A DNA stretch of 64,000 nt. Origin: a candidate division WOR-3 bacterium. GTDB taxonomy: Bacteria > Hydrothermota > Tepidihabitantia > Tepidihabitantales > Tepidihabitantaceae. Each line of letters begins with the position of its first letter. The stretch's first letter is position 1. The stretch is from the NCBI GenBank assembly GCA_013177935.1, contig JABLXZ010000001.1:386191-450190 (forward strand), written 5' to 3'. Under the pieces are notes generated by a model. That model saw nothing but the letters and a program-made list of their open reading frames with translations. It searched no databases and was not told the DNA's origin. The position numbers and the translations under genes are program-made. Shown piece by piece: positions 17,544-30,996 of the stretch.

Positions 17544-18887
17544 ATGCTATACAATATCCTTTCCTTGTTTTTTGTCTTTACAGTGCCATCAGAAGTTGAC
17601 CATCGCGAAACCAAAGGAGAAATTACCGCAATCGAATCCCGTGTCACCGAATTCACCCTGAAAAATGGCTTGCATGTCATCCACTACTTTGACTCCTCGG
17701 CACCGGTTGTTTCAGTCAATGTCTATTATCGTGTTGGTTCCTACGATGAACAAACCGGCAGTACCGGAATTTCCCATATGGTAGAACATATGAGTTTCAA
17801 GCACACTGATATCTACAAACCCGGTGACTTCGACCGGATGCTTGATTCGGTAGGCGCCAATAACAACGGCTTTACCTCAACCTATTACACTGGTTATTAC
17901 GAAGAACTGGCAAAAGAACACTGGGAACTGGCGCTAAAACTGGAGGCTGCAAGAATGAACAATTGTATCTTCCCCGACTCTGAGTTTGAAAGCGAGCATC
18001 AGGTGGTAGCTGAAGAAAGGCGCCTGCAGGATAACCGTCCGACCAGTAACCTGTGGGAACAGTTTGAGGCAATTGCCTTTCTTGCCCATCCCCATCGTAA
18101 TCCCACAATCGGCTGGTCTGATGATGTGGGAAAGTTTACCGTTGAGAAGGTCCGCGACTGGTATAAAAAATATTATAACCCGGCAAATGCGGTCATCGTC
18201 ATCGCCGGTGATGTACCACTGGAAGAAGTAAAGTCAAAAGTGGAAAAGTATTACGCCAGATTCAAAGGTACACCGGTCAAAAGGCCGGATTTTTACGATA
18301 TCGAACCCGCTCTGGCGGGTGAAAGGCGACTTGTCTTACGCAAACGGGTTAATGTCCCCACGCTGTTAATCGGCTTTCCAACGCCGGGAATTCGTGATTC
18401 ACTTTACATCGTGGGAGATGTGGTGGCAGCAATTTTAGGCAGCGGACGAAACTCCCGCCTCTATCGAACACTGGTTATTGACTCCGGCTTTGCCACATCG
18501 GTTTCAGCCTGGAACTCTGTCGAACGCGACCCGGGAATTCTCGAAATTTTGGTCACCCCAAAAGCCGAGAGCCTCATACCCCGCATCGAAACTGTCATCC
18601 TTACTGAAATAAAAAGGATGGTAACTGAGCCGGTAAGCACTCAAGAACTGCAACGGGTAAAAAATCAAACCCTTGCCACCGCACTATTTGACCGTGACGA
18701 CATTTCTGATATCGCCTGGTTACTTGCTACTTCGCAGATTACCGCCGGTAACTGGCGCCATTTTTTGCAGCAAATCGAACGTATCGAGAAAACTACCCCG
18801 GAACAGGTTCTTGTTTTCTGTAAACAATATCTAACTGAACAACGACGCATCGTCGGCGTCCTTCTTTCGGATAAGGAGGTAAAATGA
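17544..18887 (+). CDS. M16 (pitrilysin-family) zinc peptidase, catalytic subunit
   Basis: GISHMVEH (HXXEH), NGFT, VVAEERR, YYNPANA. Confidence 0.92.
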   Translation: MLYNILSLFFVFTVPSEVDHRETKGEITAIESRVTEFTLKNGLHVIHYFDSSAPVVSVNVYYRVGSYDEQTGSTGISHMVEHMSFKHTDIYKPGDFDRMLDSVGANNNGFTSTYYTGYYEELAKEHWELALKLEAARMNNCIFPDSEFESEHQVVAEERRLQDNRPTSNLWEQFEAIAFLAHPHRNPTIGWSDDVGKFTVEKVRDWYKKYYNPANAVIVIAGDVPLEEVKSKVEKYYARFKGTPVKRPDFYDIEPALAGERRLVLRKRVNVPTLLIGFPTPGIRDSLYIVGDVVAAILGSGRNSRLYRTLVIDSGFATSVSAWNSVERDPGILEILVTPKAESLIPRIETVILTEIKRMVTEPVSTQELQRVKNQTLATALFDRDDISDIAWLLATSQITAGNWRHFLQQIERIEKTTPEQVLVFCKQYLTEQRRIVGVLLSDKEVK

Positions 18888-20221
18888 ACTTCCCGGGTAA
18901 ACAACTTTTAATTATTCTCTTAATCGTTATCGGTAATCTATCCGGGGCAGTGCTCTTTCGCGACTCACTATCCAACGGACTTATCATCCTTACTTACGAA
19001 GACCACCGTTTACCAATGGTAGACATCTCGTTTGTTTGCCGAAGCGGTGCTGTTTTTGACCCTGATGGTAAAGCGGGTACCGCCAGTCTTTGTACTGATA
19101 TGCTCTTGCGGGGTACAAAAAACTTGACCCCAGACTCAATTGCCCAAATTCTCGATTTCATCGGTGCCCGCTATGGTACCGGAACCGATTTCGACCGTTG
19201 TTTCATCAATCTCCGACTTTTGAGTAAAGACCTAACCACCGGACTCGACATTTTATCAGAGATAATTCTTGAACCAACCTTTCCGATTGATGAGTTTACG
19301 CGAACCCAGGAACAGGCGCTGAGTGGGGCGCGTCGCGCCTATGACTACCCAAGTTCGGTTGTCGGTATGGAGTTTGACCGCCTTCTCTTCGGTGAACATC
19401 GTTACTCGTTGCCTCCTCGGGGCGATACTGCCACAATCCGAAAGATTACCCGCGACGATTTGAAAAACTTCCATAAGACTCATTTTGTTCCCAACAACTG
19501 CTTTATCGTCTTCGTTGGTGCCGTTGACCACAATTACATAAAAAACGAAGTCAACCGCCGTTTCGGAAACTGGCAACCAAGACCGGTCAGTAACCCACAA
19601 CCGCCTGAACTTACCTTACCCGAAAAAATTCGGGTCAAATTGATTACCCGTAAAGAGATGAACCAGACTTACATCCAGTTTGGCCACCCCGGCATCTCAA
19701 TCTTCGATAAGGATTTAATCGCAATACGCTTGATGTCTTACATTCTGGGAGGACCGCCGCTTTCCTCAAGAATGGGTCTTGCTGTTCGGGAGTATGGCGG
19801 ACTTGCCTACGATGTCCGTTGCTGGTTTGACCGCCGTTTATTGCCCGGTGCATTTCGCGCTACTGTGCAGACCGCAAAACCAAAAGAGGCGATAGAAAAG
19901 ATGTTTGCGGAGATCCGGCAAATGCACGAAAAGGGGGCAACTAAATCCGAATTACTCAAGGCACAAAATTATTTTACGGGTAGTTTTCCCCTTTCCTACA
20001 GCTCGAATCAAGGCAAACTGGACCGGGTAACGGAGATTGAACTTTACCGCTTTGGTATCGACTGGCTGGAACAGTTTCCCGTTCGGGTACGAACAACAAC
20101 ATTAGAACAAGTAAACGAGGCGGCAAAACAACATCTGTTTCCTGACCGCTATATTATGGTAATAATGGGTAATGTCACAAAAGAAGAGCTTAACTTACCA
20201 GATGCCGAATGGATAGAATAA
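18884..20221 (+). CDS. M16 peptidase non-catalytic partner subunit
   Basis: M16 fold without HXXEH; SSR...VRE..GLAY motif; overlaps the catalytic subunit. Confidence 0.88.
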   Translation: MNFPGKQLLIILLIVIGNLSGAVLFRDSLSNGLIILTYEDHRLPMVDISFVCRSGAVFDPDGKAGTASLCTDMLLRGTKNLTPDSIAQILDFIGARYGTGTDFDRCFINLRLLSKDLTTGLDILSEIILEPTFPIDEFTRTQEQALSGARRAYDYPSSVVGMEFDRLLFGEHRYSLPPRGDTATIRKITRDDLKNFHKTHFVPNNCFIVFVGAVDHNYIKNEVNRRFGNWQPRPVSNPQPPELTLPEKIRVKLITRKEMNQTYIQFGHPGISIFDKDLIAIRLMSYILGGPPLSSRMGLAVREYGGLAYDVRCWFDRRLLPGAFRATVQTAKPKEAIEKMFAEIRQMHEKGATKSELLKAQNYFTGSFPLSYSSNQGKLDRVTEIELYRFGIDWLEQFPVRVRTTTLEQVNEAAKQHLFPDRYIMVIMGNVTKEELNLPDAEWIE

Positions 20222-20222
20222 A

Positions 20223-20247
20223 GCAGGGGTGTTGTTCACACCCCTGC
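20223..20247. terminator. Hairpin between convergent genes
   Basis: GCAGGGGTGT-tgttc-ACACCCCTGC, perfect 10-bp stem. Confidence 0.75.
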
Positions 20248-20278
20248 GCTCCAACCGAATTTGCCTTTAAGTGTTTAT

Positions 20279-21421
20279 TTAAGGGTTGAACGAAGTAACA
20301 TACCTCTGGCCCGTTTCGGTCCACTGGATAATCGCGGCGCGCTTAATTGGGTTACCCCACTCGTCAAAAGAAATCGAGCCTGAAACACAGGGATAATCTT
20401 TAATCTGACTCAGTGCCTGCCGGATTTCATCCGGTTTAGCATTAGGCGCATTTTTCAGGGCTGCAATTAGCAGAAGCGCTGCATCATACCCGAGTGTCGC
20501 CATCGCATCCGGTTTCTGGCCAAACCGCGCCTGGTATTTGTTTACCCAGTTCTGTACTTCAGGTCTGGGGTCATCGGCGGAATAGTGATTGACAAAATAA
20601 CTACCCGCCACCTCTTTACCAGCAATTTCGAGCATTGCCGGTGAATCCCAGCCATCGCCGCCTAAGAATTTCGTCTCCAGACCCAGTTGATATGCCTGTT
20701 TAACAATCAAACCGACCTTGTTGTAGTAATCCGGTAGAAAAACTACCTCGGGCTTTTGTTGTTTAATCTTGGTCAAGAGCGCTGAGAAGTCGGCATCATC
20801 TTTCTGATAGGATTCAAATGCGACCACCTTACCGCCCGCCTGTTCAAAGAAACGCTTGAAATACTCAGCCAGTCCTTTGGAATAGTCATTGCCGACATCA
20901 AACATTACCGCTGCGGTTTTCGCCTTTAAGCTCTCAGCCGCAAACCGAGCAGCAACCACACCTTGGAAAGAATCGGTAAAACAGGCACGAAAGATAAACT
21001 CCTTGTGCTTGCCGTCATCAGTAACCGTTACCTTAGGATTAGTTGATGTTGGCGTCAGCATCGGGATTCTTGCTACCTGACACTTGTCCGCCAGTGGCAA
21101 AGAACACTTGGTCGAAACCGAACCGATAATCGCCACCACTCCATCCAGTTCAATCAACTTACCACCGGCATTTGCAGCTTCGGTCGGGTCGTTCTTGTCG
21201 TCCGAGATAAACAGTTTTATCTGTTTGCCGTTAATACCACCGGCACGGTTTGCCTCTTCGACCGCCAGGGTAATACCGTTTATCGTTGATTCACCGAAGG
21301 TTTTAACATCACCGGTTAGAGGAGCAACTACCCCGATTTTGATAACATTGCCCGGACCACAGGCAAATATGCCCAGACCGAGCATCAGACAGATGGTACC
21401 TACGGTTTTTATTATCCTCAT
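20279..21421 (-). CDS. Branched-chain amino acid ABC transporter substrate-binding lipoprotein (LivJ/LivK family)
   Basis: Lipobox IFAC; IKIGVVAPLTG, FRACFTD..QG, DFSALLTKI, GGDGWD. Confidence 0.9.
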   Translation of the reverse strand: MRIIKTVGTICLMLGLGIFACGPGNVIKIGVVAPLTGDVKTFGESTINGITLAVEEANRAGGINGKQIKLFISDDKNDPTEAANAGGKLIELDGVVAIIGSVSTKCSLPLADKCQVARIPMLTPTSTNPKVTVTDDGKHKEFIFRACFTDSFQGVVAARFAAESLKAKTAAVMFDVGNDYSKGLAEYFKRFFEQAGGKVVAFESYQKDDADFSALLTKIKQQKPEVVFLPDYYNKVGLIVKQAYQLGLETKFLGGDGWDSPAMLEIAGKEVAGSYFVNHYSADDPRPEVQNWVNKYQARFGQKPDAMATLGYDAALLLIAALKNAPNAKPDEIRQALSQIKDYPCVSGSISFDEWGNPIKRAAIIQWTETGQRYVTSFNP

Positions 21422-21437
21422 TTATGCCTCCTATGGT

Positions 21438-23574
<2,137 letters not shown>

Positions 23575-23578
<4 letters not shown>

Positions 23579-24600
23579 TTTACCTTACTCCTTCGTGCCA
23601 GCGCCTGTTTTAATTTATCAATTCGAGGAATACCTATGGGGTCAACACCTCTTTTTTCAGCAACCGCAACGCTTATCAGATCACCCATCACCACTGATGA
23701 AAACAGGCGCGCCAACGGCGAAACACCTTCGGTTTTTACAATGTGCATACCAGCCCAACTTCCTGCAACAAGTTTTCTCATCTCCCGCAAACGCTGCAAA
23801 GTCCTTGGGTGAGAGCTTTTATCCACAAGAACAACCGTATAAATTTTGCGCTCCAGAAATTGCGGCGCGCCGAAACCCATTATCTCATTATGGCTCTGCT
23901 CAGGTAGCATACCGCTATGACAGAACACCTTGGCATTTTCATTCAACTGACACTGCCATCGATAAGCCGCAACATCAAGCAGCCGGGCGGTTGAATAAAT
24001 CACCAGCAGGCGATTTAGCAAAAGTGGCGCAATAGCAGTTGCCCGTCTTCGCCACACGCCCAGGCGTTGTTTTATCAATCGCTGCGTCTCTATGATGTCT
24101 GGTGTATAATCTCGGCACAACCTGAGCCGATAAAGTACCGTGAGCAGCGGAACACTCATATAGCCCACGGCGGTTCGCGGTGGCATTCCATCGGGAACAA
24201 GAAGCAAGGGAAAACCGTCCGTTTTTGCCATTTCAGCCATTTTGCCACCGCTGGTGATGACAAAAATCAAAGCGCCACGCCGCCGTCCTTCTTCATAAGC
24301 ACTGATTGTCTCTTCTGTATTACCAGAATAACTGCTAAGAAACAGAAGGGTCTTTTTCCCGACTGCCGCTGGCAATTGGTAATCACGCCAGACCGCAACC
24401 GGCAACAGTGCCTCTTCGTTCAGTACGGTTCGCACTATATCACCGCCCATTGCCGAACCACCCATACCGGCAATCACGACATTCTCCAGTTCCTTCTTAA
24501 AAATTATTGGACAACCACGGCCAATTGCAGCTGCCTGACCAAGTTGTTCGGGCAATCCATAGATAAGTTTTAGCATATTGTTTTCTTCCATTTTGCTCAT
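23575..24600 (-). CDS. Bifunctional phosphoglucose/phosphomannose isomerase (SIS fold)
   Basis: GMGGSA, SYSGNTEET, PPR.A, QLNENAK, PE..HNE. Confidence 0.9.
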
Positions 24601-26405
24601 TTTTTTCGCTCTCCAATGGCAAACAGCGATTGCGCCAGTTTGGGAAAACGCCGGTGCAACTCCCGATAGAGCAAGCGCTCAACCTCAAGTGCGGTCGAAA
24701 GCTCCAGCGCCTGGGATGCCACCTCCCGGGCAATAGTTGTGTCAACCGAACGGATGATATTTTTCGCCTCTGGAATCATTCCCGGCACTACTGAAATCTC
24801 ATCAATTCCCATGCCCAGTAACAGAACGATGCCCAGCGGGTCGGCACCAAATTCACCACACATACCAACCCAGATACCCTGACGGTGTGCCGCATCAATC
24901 GTCTGTTTAATCAACTGCAGCACCGCCGGGTGCAGATGGTCAAACAACTTTGCAACAAGTTCATTACCCCGGTCAACCGCCAGGGTATACTGCGTCAGGT
25001 CATTGGAGCCGATGGATAGAAAATTACATTCCCGGGCAAACTGCTGTGCCAGCAGCGCCGCCGATGGTGTCTCAACCATCACCCCAACCTCAATTTGTTC
25101 ATTAAAACCTTTGCCCGCGCGGCGCAACTCCTTCTTCGCCTCTTCCAGTAAGAGCTTTGCCCGGCGCAACTCTTCAATAGTTGCAATCATCGGGAACATC
25201 ATCTTGACATTACCGTGACTTGATGCCCTCAAAATCGCCCGCAACTGCGTTTTAAACAACATTGGGTCATCAAGACACACTCGGATTGCCCGCCAGCCCA
25301 GAAACGGATTCGCCTCAGAATAACCGGGGATTACCTTATCACCTCCTAAATCAAAGGTGCGCACTATCACCGGATAAGGCTTAAACATTTCGGCGACATC
25401 ACGATAAACCGCATACTGCTCCTCTTCAGTGGGCGGCCGGCGCTTTGCCAGATAAATGTACTCGGTACGAAACAAACCGACGCCACGCGCACCGTTTTCC
25501 CGGGCAACTTTCGCCTCAATGAGAAATTCGATGTTTGCCGACAGGTCAATCACCTTACCATCAAGCGTTACCGCCTCTTCTTCAACCAGCGCTTTAAGTG
25601 ACGCTCGATGCGCTCGGTAACGCTCGATTTCGTTTTTGTATGTATTAAGACGGCTGGGTGTTGGGTTAACAAACACAACTCCCCGATAACCGTCGACAAA
25701 CAGATCATCCCCATCTTTAACCTCACGCAGAATACCTTCTGCTCCTACTACCGCAGGTATTTCTTTAGCCTTTGCCATAATTGCGGTATGCGATGTTTTG
25801 CCCCCGGCTTCGAGAACCACAGCCGCAACTTTTCCCGGGTCAAGTAGCGCCGTCTCCGAAGGGGGTAACTCATGGGCAACTATTATCGAACCCGGCTCGA
25901 GCGTATGAATCGATGGCAACTCATCTCCCAGCAGTACTGAAAGTACTCGCGCTGAAACATCAGCAACATCAACAAACCGCTCGCGGAAAAAGGACAGTCC
26001 AGCTCGGCTTACATTGGCGGTAAGCTGTTTTAGAGTTTGTGTATAAGCGAATTCGGCGTTTCGTAAACGCTCACGGATGAACTGCTCAGTCTTCTTAAGT
26101 ACCTCCTCATCGTTTAACACCGCCAGTTGCACATCGATAAAATCGGCAAAATCCCGCCCCATCTCTTTTTTCACCCGCTCTTTTAACTTCTGTAAATCAT
26201 CATTCGTAATTTTAATCGCATCCCTGAATCGCTCAACCTCTTTTGTTACCTCTGCCGGAAAAATGGTTCTTTCCTCAACCTCTGGCAGATAAAGTCGATA
26301 AATAAAAACCTTGCCCCGGGCGAAACCCGCCGACACCGGAATTGACCGGATAATCCTTTCCCTTGGTTTCCCGCGCAAACGCGCATCCGCCGGTTTACGA
26401 ATCAT
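24597..26405 (-). CDS. ptsI: PTS enzyme I
   Basis: GGKTSHTAI (phospho-His), GVGLFRTE, NPFLGWRAIR, SIGSNDLTQY, CGE. Confidence 0.96.
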   Translation of the reverse strand: MIRKPADARLRGKPRERIIRSIPVSAGFARGKVFIYRLYLPEVEERTIFPAEVTKEVERFRDAIKITNDDLQKLKERVKKEMGRDFADFIDVQLAVLNDEEVLKKTEQFIRERLRNAEFAYTQTLKQLTANVSRAGLSFFRERFVDVADVSARVLSVLLGDELPSIHTLEPGSIIVAHELPPSETALLDPGKVAAVVLEAGGKTSHTAIMAKAKEIPAVVGAEGILREVKDGDDLFVDGYRGVVFVNPTPSRLNTYKNEIERYRAHRASLKALVEEEAVTLDGKVIDLSANIEFLIEAKVARENGARGVGLFRTEYIYLAKRRPPTEEEQYAVYRDVAEMFKPYPVIVRTFDLGGDKVIPGYSEANPFLGWRAIRVCLDDPMLFKTQLRAILRASSHGNVKMMFPMIATIEELRRAKLLLEEAKKELRRAGKGFNEQIEVGVMVETPSAALLAQQFARECNFLSIGSNDLTQYTLAVDRGNELVAKLFDHLHPAVLQLIKQTIDAAHRQGIWVGMCGEFGADPLGIVLLLGMGIDEISVVPGMIPEAKNIIRSVDTTIAREVASQALELSTALEVERLLYRELHRRFPKLAQSLFAIGERKK

Positions 26406-26655
26406 TCTTGGTCAACTTCTCCTTTAAAACCCGAAACGCCTCTTCCTCATCAACACCACTGACCTCGAGCGTTACAACACTTCCTTTCTCCGCGGCCAGA
26501 GTCAGAATTGCGAGAATACTCTTGCCATTAACCCAGATACCATCCTTGGCAAGCCTCACCCGCGATTGAAACTTTTCCGCAAGTCGGACAAACTCCGCTG
26601 CAGGCCGAGCATGAAGACCAACCGGACCGCCAATAATCAACTCTTCTTTAATCAT
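26395..26655 (-). CDS. ptsH: Phosphocarrier protein HPr
   Basis: GLHARPA (His15) and NGKSIL (Ser46). Start at ATG 26655, downstream of promoter TTGACC-N16-TATATT. Confidence 0.95.
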   Translation of the reverse strand: MIKEELIIGGPVGLHARPAAEFVRLAEKFQSRVRLAKDGIWVNGKSILAILTLAAEKGSVVTLEVSGVDEEEAFRVLKEKLTKNDS

Positions 26656-26727
26656 CGCTCTCGGTGGTAAATATAATGTGCTACCTCTTAAGGTCAACAG
26701 TTACCATCAGCGCACTCGGGGCTTCTT

Positions 26728-27243
26728 TTACCTCCGTATCCGTCGCACCACAATGCCCGCCTCAACCAAAAAGGAGCGAGCAAAATCGTCCGGATAGTCT
26801 TCCGCGATAACAAACTCCCGGATACCCGCGTTGATCAACATCTTGGCACAGGTAATACAAGGTGCATGGGTGCAATAAAGAGTGGCTCCGGAAACACTGA
26901 TACCAAATGCTGCCGCTTGAACCAGCGTATTCTGCTCGGCATGAATTCCCCGGCAAATCTCAATCCGCTCTCCGGCTGGAATCCTTAGTTCATCACGGAG
27001 ACAACCCACTTTATCACAATGGGGCAATCCGTGCGGCGCCCCGTTGTAACCGGTACAGAGAATCCGTTTTTCCCGAACCAGAATTGCACCGACCTTTCGT
27101 CGTAAACAGGTCGACCGTTCTGATACAAGGCGGGCGATGGCGATAAAATACTCATCCCAGGTCTTACGCGGGCAGGATTGCAACCTGCTTCGGGTTGTCC
27201 TAAGATTTTCCCTGCCCTGTTTCTTCCCTTTTTCCCCTCTCAT
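26728..27243 (-). CDS. dCMP deaminase (ComEB-like)
   Basis: WDEYF, RSTCLRRKVGA, HAEQN, PCITC. Confidence 0.92.
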   Translation of the reverse strand: MRGEKGKKQGRENLRTTRSRLQSCPRKTWDEYFIAIARLVSERSTCLRRKVGAILVREKRILCTGYNGAPHGLPHCDKVGCLRDELRIPAGERIEICRGIHAEQNTLVQAAAFGISVSGATLYCTHAPCITCAKMLINAGIREFVIAEDYPDDFARSFLVEAGIVVRRIRR

Positions 27244-27248
27244 ACCGC

Positions 27249-30200
27249 TCAGCGCACCAGTACCGCCTTAACCGTTTTCAACTGTCGGCTGGTTGAAAGC
27301 CGAACCCAGTAAACCCCGGCTGGAACTGTACGTCCTTGATTGTCGCGTCCATCCCACTGGACTCTGTAATTTCCCGAACGCTGTTCGCCAAATTCAAATC
27401 GGCGTACCAGCCTGCCCGAACGGTCAAACACCTCCAGACTTACTTGGTCCGCAAACGGTAAAGAGTAATGCAGGACCACTCTACTCTGAGCGGGGTTTTC
27501 CGCCACGCGCAGTGCCAGATGAACCGGCGATAACCCTGATACCCGGTTCTCTGCAATTCCAGTCTGGTAATCGGTGGAAAACTTAATTGCGTGACCTGGA
27601 ACCCAGGGCGATGCCGCCCGATGATAGGTCCCATTGTAGAGTACCTGAATAAACCGAGCCCCAGCTTGGTTCTGAGTACCGACGGTTGCTGAATTTCCTG
27701 GATAGTTCGCAGTTAGATACTGAAAGGCAAATTTACAATTACCATCCCCACCCGCAAGCGTTGTATCATAAAGAATTATCTGGAACTTCTCCCATATGGT
27801 GTTTGGACTCCAGTAACGAACCGAATCCCATTCCACAATAAATCGGTGATTGACACTGTCGTGATAGTACCACACACCATTGCCACTGGGTGGATACAGG
27901 TCGTCCCAGTTCGCAGCCAGCAACGGCGGCATCGAACTATTGGGCAAACTGGTATTCTGGTAAGAAGTTGATGTTGTATATCCGGGCGCCAGCCAGCCGT
28001 TAGAACAAACTGAAATCTGAGTGTAGGGCTGTCCATAGAAGACAAAGGGACCAAATGAAGGGGGTAGATTTATCTGAACGATTTGGTCGTCGCTTAAAGT
28101 TAGCCTTGTACCGAGGTTTCTAATCTCCACCCAGTTGAACTCAGGATGTTCCGCATAAAGCGTATCAATTTCATCGTAAGCCCAATAAATTACCGGGTTG
28201 GCATTATCGGGAATCGGGTCAACGACTCGCAACTCACCAACCGTAACGATAAAACTGATACTATCAGAATAGCCGTTGCCTGATAGATAAAGTCTCATCT
28301 CCGCCTGGTGCTCCCGTGGTGTCTCGGGTGCGGCAACAACCTCAAATCGGTCAGCGCTGTTTGTGCGCACCGAATCGGGCAGAATCTCGCCAAAAAACCC
28401 GATTGAATCAACGACCGATACAAACGGGCTGGAAGTTCGAAGCGTACCGGTAACATTAGTTGCGGCCAGCCGACCAGCATTACGCAATGCCACGGTCAAT
28501 GCCGCGCTCTCACCCGCGTCAAGTTTCCCATCCCCATTACCTCCAGGTGGTGAATCGATTACCGTTTTATTCTGGAAAACCAACGCTGGTGCATTAACAA
28601 CCACCCCTTCAATCGCATCAAGGTCGTAATTCTGCCCTGCATCGTTCAGTCGAACGAACTTTGCGATATTAATACCGGCGCTGGCGAGGTCGCAGGCGAT
28701 GTTTCCAGAGCCATAAGCACAGAACGACCAGGGTCCATTCCACTCACTCGACACAAACACCGAACAGGGCTTGTTGGTAGTAGAATAGACCGTAAAATCG
28801 GTACCAGGTCCGTTTATTATCTCTTCGGAAAGTTCAATAACCGCCATACCACGCGTGGTTAAACTCAGCGTGCTGTTATCCCTTCTGCCCAGAGCCGCAA
28901 GCCCCATTGTTGAACCCGCACCGGTCGAACTCTTGCAAATCCAGGTGGTAACCTTGTAACCGGTAATTGGCGTGGTCGAATCGGGATTCAATGCCACATT
29001 GACCACAACAAAGGTGTCGTTAGGAACAACGATGCCGCTGACCGTCTTGGTCTGATAACCATCCGCCATCACCTTTAAAGTATATGTTCCGGGTAAAACA
29101 TATTTAAAAAACCAGCCCGTGGTGTCAGTGTACACCATCCAGTTGGTCGGTACCGGAACAACAATCGCCCGTTTTACGGGCAAACCGGTAACGGAATCGG
29201 TTATCTGGCCGCGAATCCCCCACGCCCCACGAATCATCAGCTGAACGCTTGCGGTCCAGTTCGCCCGACAGATTGTGTCAATTTCACCCTGAGGTGGTGG
29301 TTGACTGTTTGACACTTCGGCTGCCAGACCTAATGCACCTTCTGCTCCATAGGTAAAATCCGAAGAGGTACCGGTACACTCATAAAGCCCCCGGGAAATC
29401 TGAAATGCCGGATAACCGGTGATGCTACTGTACAACTGACACAACTGTTGATGGGCAACGCTATCCCGGGTAGCGATTTGAGAGTAACTCCAGGGCCACA
29501 TTACCGACCTGGTACCGCTGTGATAGGTCATCGTTATCACAAACGGCTGACGCTGCAGAAAATTTCTAAACCCCTGAATCTCGGGTTGACTCCAGGGAAC
29601 ATTCGCACCGGACTCCTGATTCCAGGCATAGCCAAAATCGCGGTTCAGGTCAATCCCGTTGGAGTTGGTTCGGGTGCGGTTGATCAAACCTTCAGGATTC
29701 ATACAGGGAACCACCCAGATTTCCCTGGTGTTGACCAGATGGGTAATTAGCGGGTCTGAACCATAACCCTCGGTCAGGCGTCGGGTAATATACCAGCAGA
29801 TTTCAGTCCCGATGTTCTCGTTACCATGTATTGTGCCATCCCATTCCAGTCTGGGCCGATGATTCTCAACCATCGGATTCTGGGTAATTTTCATGGCAAT
29901 TAAAAACTTACCGGTTGGTGAAACCGCAATCGTCTCCAGTTTGCAGATATTCGGATAGGTAGTAGCAATCAGGGCAAATGTGTCCATTATCTCCTGATAG
30001 GAGTGGTACCGGCCAAAATCTTCGCCCGGACACTGCAACCTCGCCCACTCCTGCATATCCTCAACCAGTACCTCCACCCGGAACCCTCTATTCACAAGCT
30101 TTTTATAAGTCTCGGCGGTCACCGCACCAACAAAGTAATCGTCTTTTACCTCATAAAATTCGAGGACCTCTTTTGCTACCGTACTCAATTCCTGGTGCGG

Positions 30201-30296
30201 GCAGAAGACCTTGACCTTCATCTCTCTGGACGGTTCTGCAGCGGTAATTACCCCTGCGCACAGAACCATAATGCAGACTGCAATCAGCCTTCTCAT
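27249..30296 (-). CDS. Large secreted M14 carboxypeptidase with accessory domains and FlgD-like/T9SS-type C-terminal domain
   Basis: IHGNE, NPEG, DLNRDF, TYHSG, LAAEV; GNGDGKLDAGE module; tail VFDRSGRLVR...WDGRD..G..VPAGVYWVRL. Confidence 0.9.
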   Translation of the reverse strand: MRRLIAVCIMVLCAGVITAAEPSREMKVKVFCPHQELSTVAKEVLEFYEVKDDYFVGAVTAETYKKLVNRGFRVEVLVEDMQEWARLQCPGEDFGRYHSYQEIMDTFALIATTYPNICKLETIAVSPTGKFLIAMKITQNPMVENHRPRLEWDGTIHGNENIGTEICWYITRRLTEGYGSDPLITHLVNTREIWVVPCMNPEGLINRTRTNSNGIDLNRDFGYAWNQESGANVPWSQPEIQGFRNFLQRQPFVITMTYHSGTRSVMWPWSYSQIATRDSVAHQQLCQLYSSITGYPAFQISRGLYECTGTSSDFTYGAEGALGLAAEVSNSQPPPQGEIDTICRANWTASVQLMIRGAWGIRGQITDSVTGLPVKRAIVVPVPTNWMVYTDTTGWFFKYVLPGTYTLKVMADGYQTKTVSGIVVPNDTFVVVNVALNPDSTTPITGYKVTTWICKSSTGAGSTMGLAALGRRDNSTLSLTTRGMAVIELSEEIINGPGTDFTVYSTTNKPCSVFVSSEWNGPWSFCAYGSGNIACDLASAGINIAKFVRLNDAGQNYDLDAIEGVVVNAPALVFQNKTVIDSPPGGNGDGKLDAGESAALTVALRNAGRLAATNVTGTLRTSSPFVSVVDSIGFFGEILPDSVRTNSADRFEVVAAPETPREHQAEMRLYLSGNGYSDSISFIVTVGELRVVDPIPDNANPVIYWAYDEIDTLYAEHPEFNWVEIRNLGTRLTLSDDQIVQINLPPSFGPFVFYGQPYTQISVCSNGWLAPGYTTSTSYQNTSLPNSSMPPLLAANWDDLYPPSGNGVWYYHDSVNHRFIVEWDSVRYWSPNTIWEKFQIILYDTTLAGGDGNCKFAFQYLTANYPGNSATVGTQNQAGARFIQVLYNGTYHRAASPWVPGHAIKFSTDYQTGIAENRVSGLSPVHLALRVAENPAQSRVVLHYSLPFADQVSLEVFDRSGRLVRRFEFGEQRSGNYRVQWDGRDNQGRTVPAGVYWVRLSTSRQLKTVKAVLVR

Positions 30297-30318
30297 ATTA
30301 AAAAACCTCCATTCTTAT

Positions 30319-30996
30319 TCATCGAGCGCCGCCCTGCATATCGAACCGGCTCTCAACCACCAAAACCGTTTCCGGCAAAGACCAGTCCGAAACATATCCG
30401 GCACGGTCTTTTGCCCGACAGCGCACCTCATAAATCCCGGGCAAAAGATAACTGTGTCGCTGCCAAACTGATGTGCCCGGAGGCACAAAACTACTCCATT
30501 CACCAATCGTATCGCCCCAGTGAAACTGCAGGGCAACCGACTGCTCAAGTGGATGCAACGCGAGCGAAACAAACTTAACCGTATCACCCACAATAACGGT
30601 ATCAGGACCAGAAGGAGGCCTTGGTACCTGCGGTGTCCAGTACCGAACATCAACCGCAAAGGTGTCGGACCAGCCCGACTCCTGTCTGGTGTCGCGTGCC
30701 TTTACCCTGAGAAAAAATAGCCCGGTGTCTTGAAACACCACCGGACGGTAATATTCTATTCCTTCAGAAATCCAGTCGCTCCAGCCCGATTCAACCCCTT
30801 CGCTCCACTCAAAAAAGTAGGAAACCGAATCTCCCTCTTTATCTACTGACAACGCTGAAACCATCACCGTGTCGTTTGGTCTTGCCCGCTGCGGTCCTAA
30901 AACTATCGGGGTTGAAGGGGGTAGATTTTCGCAGCCAATAAAAAATAGAAAAGTTATCCCGATTATCGCAGCATTTGCGTATGCCCGAGGTCTCAA
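30319..30996 (-). CDS. Lipoprotein with two PKD-like repeats
   Basis: Lipobox FFIGC; two units of D..GD.VSY.F.W...VKARD....S.WS. Start is probably TTG 30996, since the longer ORF runs through promoter TTGACT-N16-TACCAT (31077-31050). Confidence 0.65.
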   Translation of the reverse strand: MRPRAYANAAIIGITFLFFIGCENLPPSTPIVLGPQRARPNDTVMVSALSVDKEGDSVSYFFEWSEGVESGWSDWISEGIEYYRPVVFQDTGLFFLRVKARDTRQESGWSDTFAVDVRYWTPQVPRPPSGPDTVIVGDTVKFVSLALHPLEQSVALQFHWGDTIGEWSSFVPPGTSVWQRHSYLLPGIYEVRCRAKDRAGYVSDWSLPETVLVVESRFDMQGGAR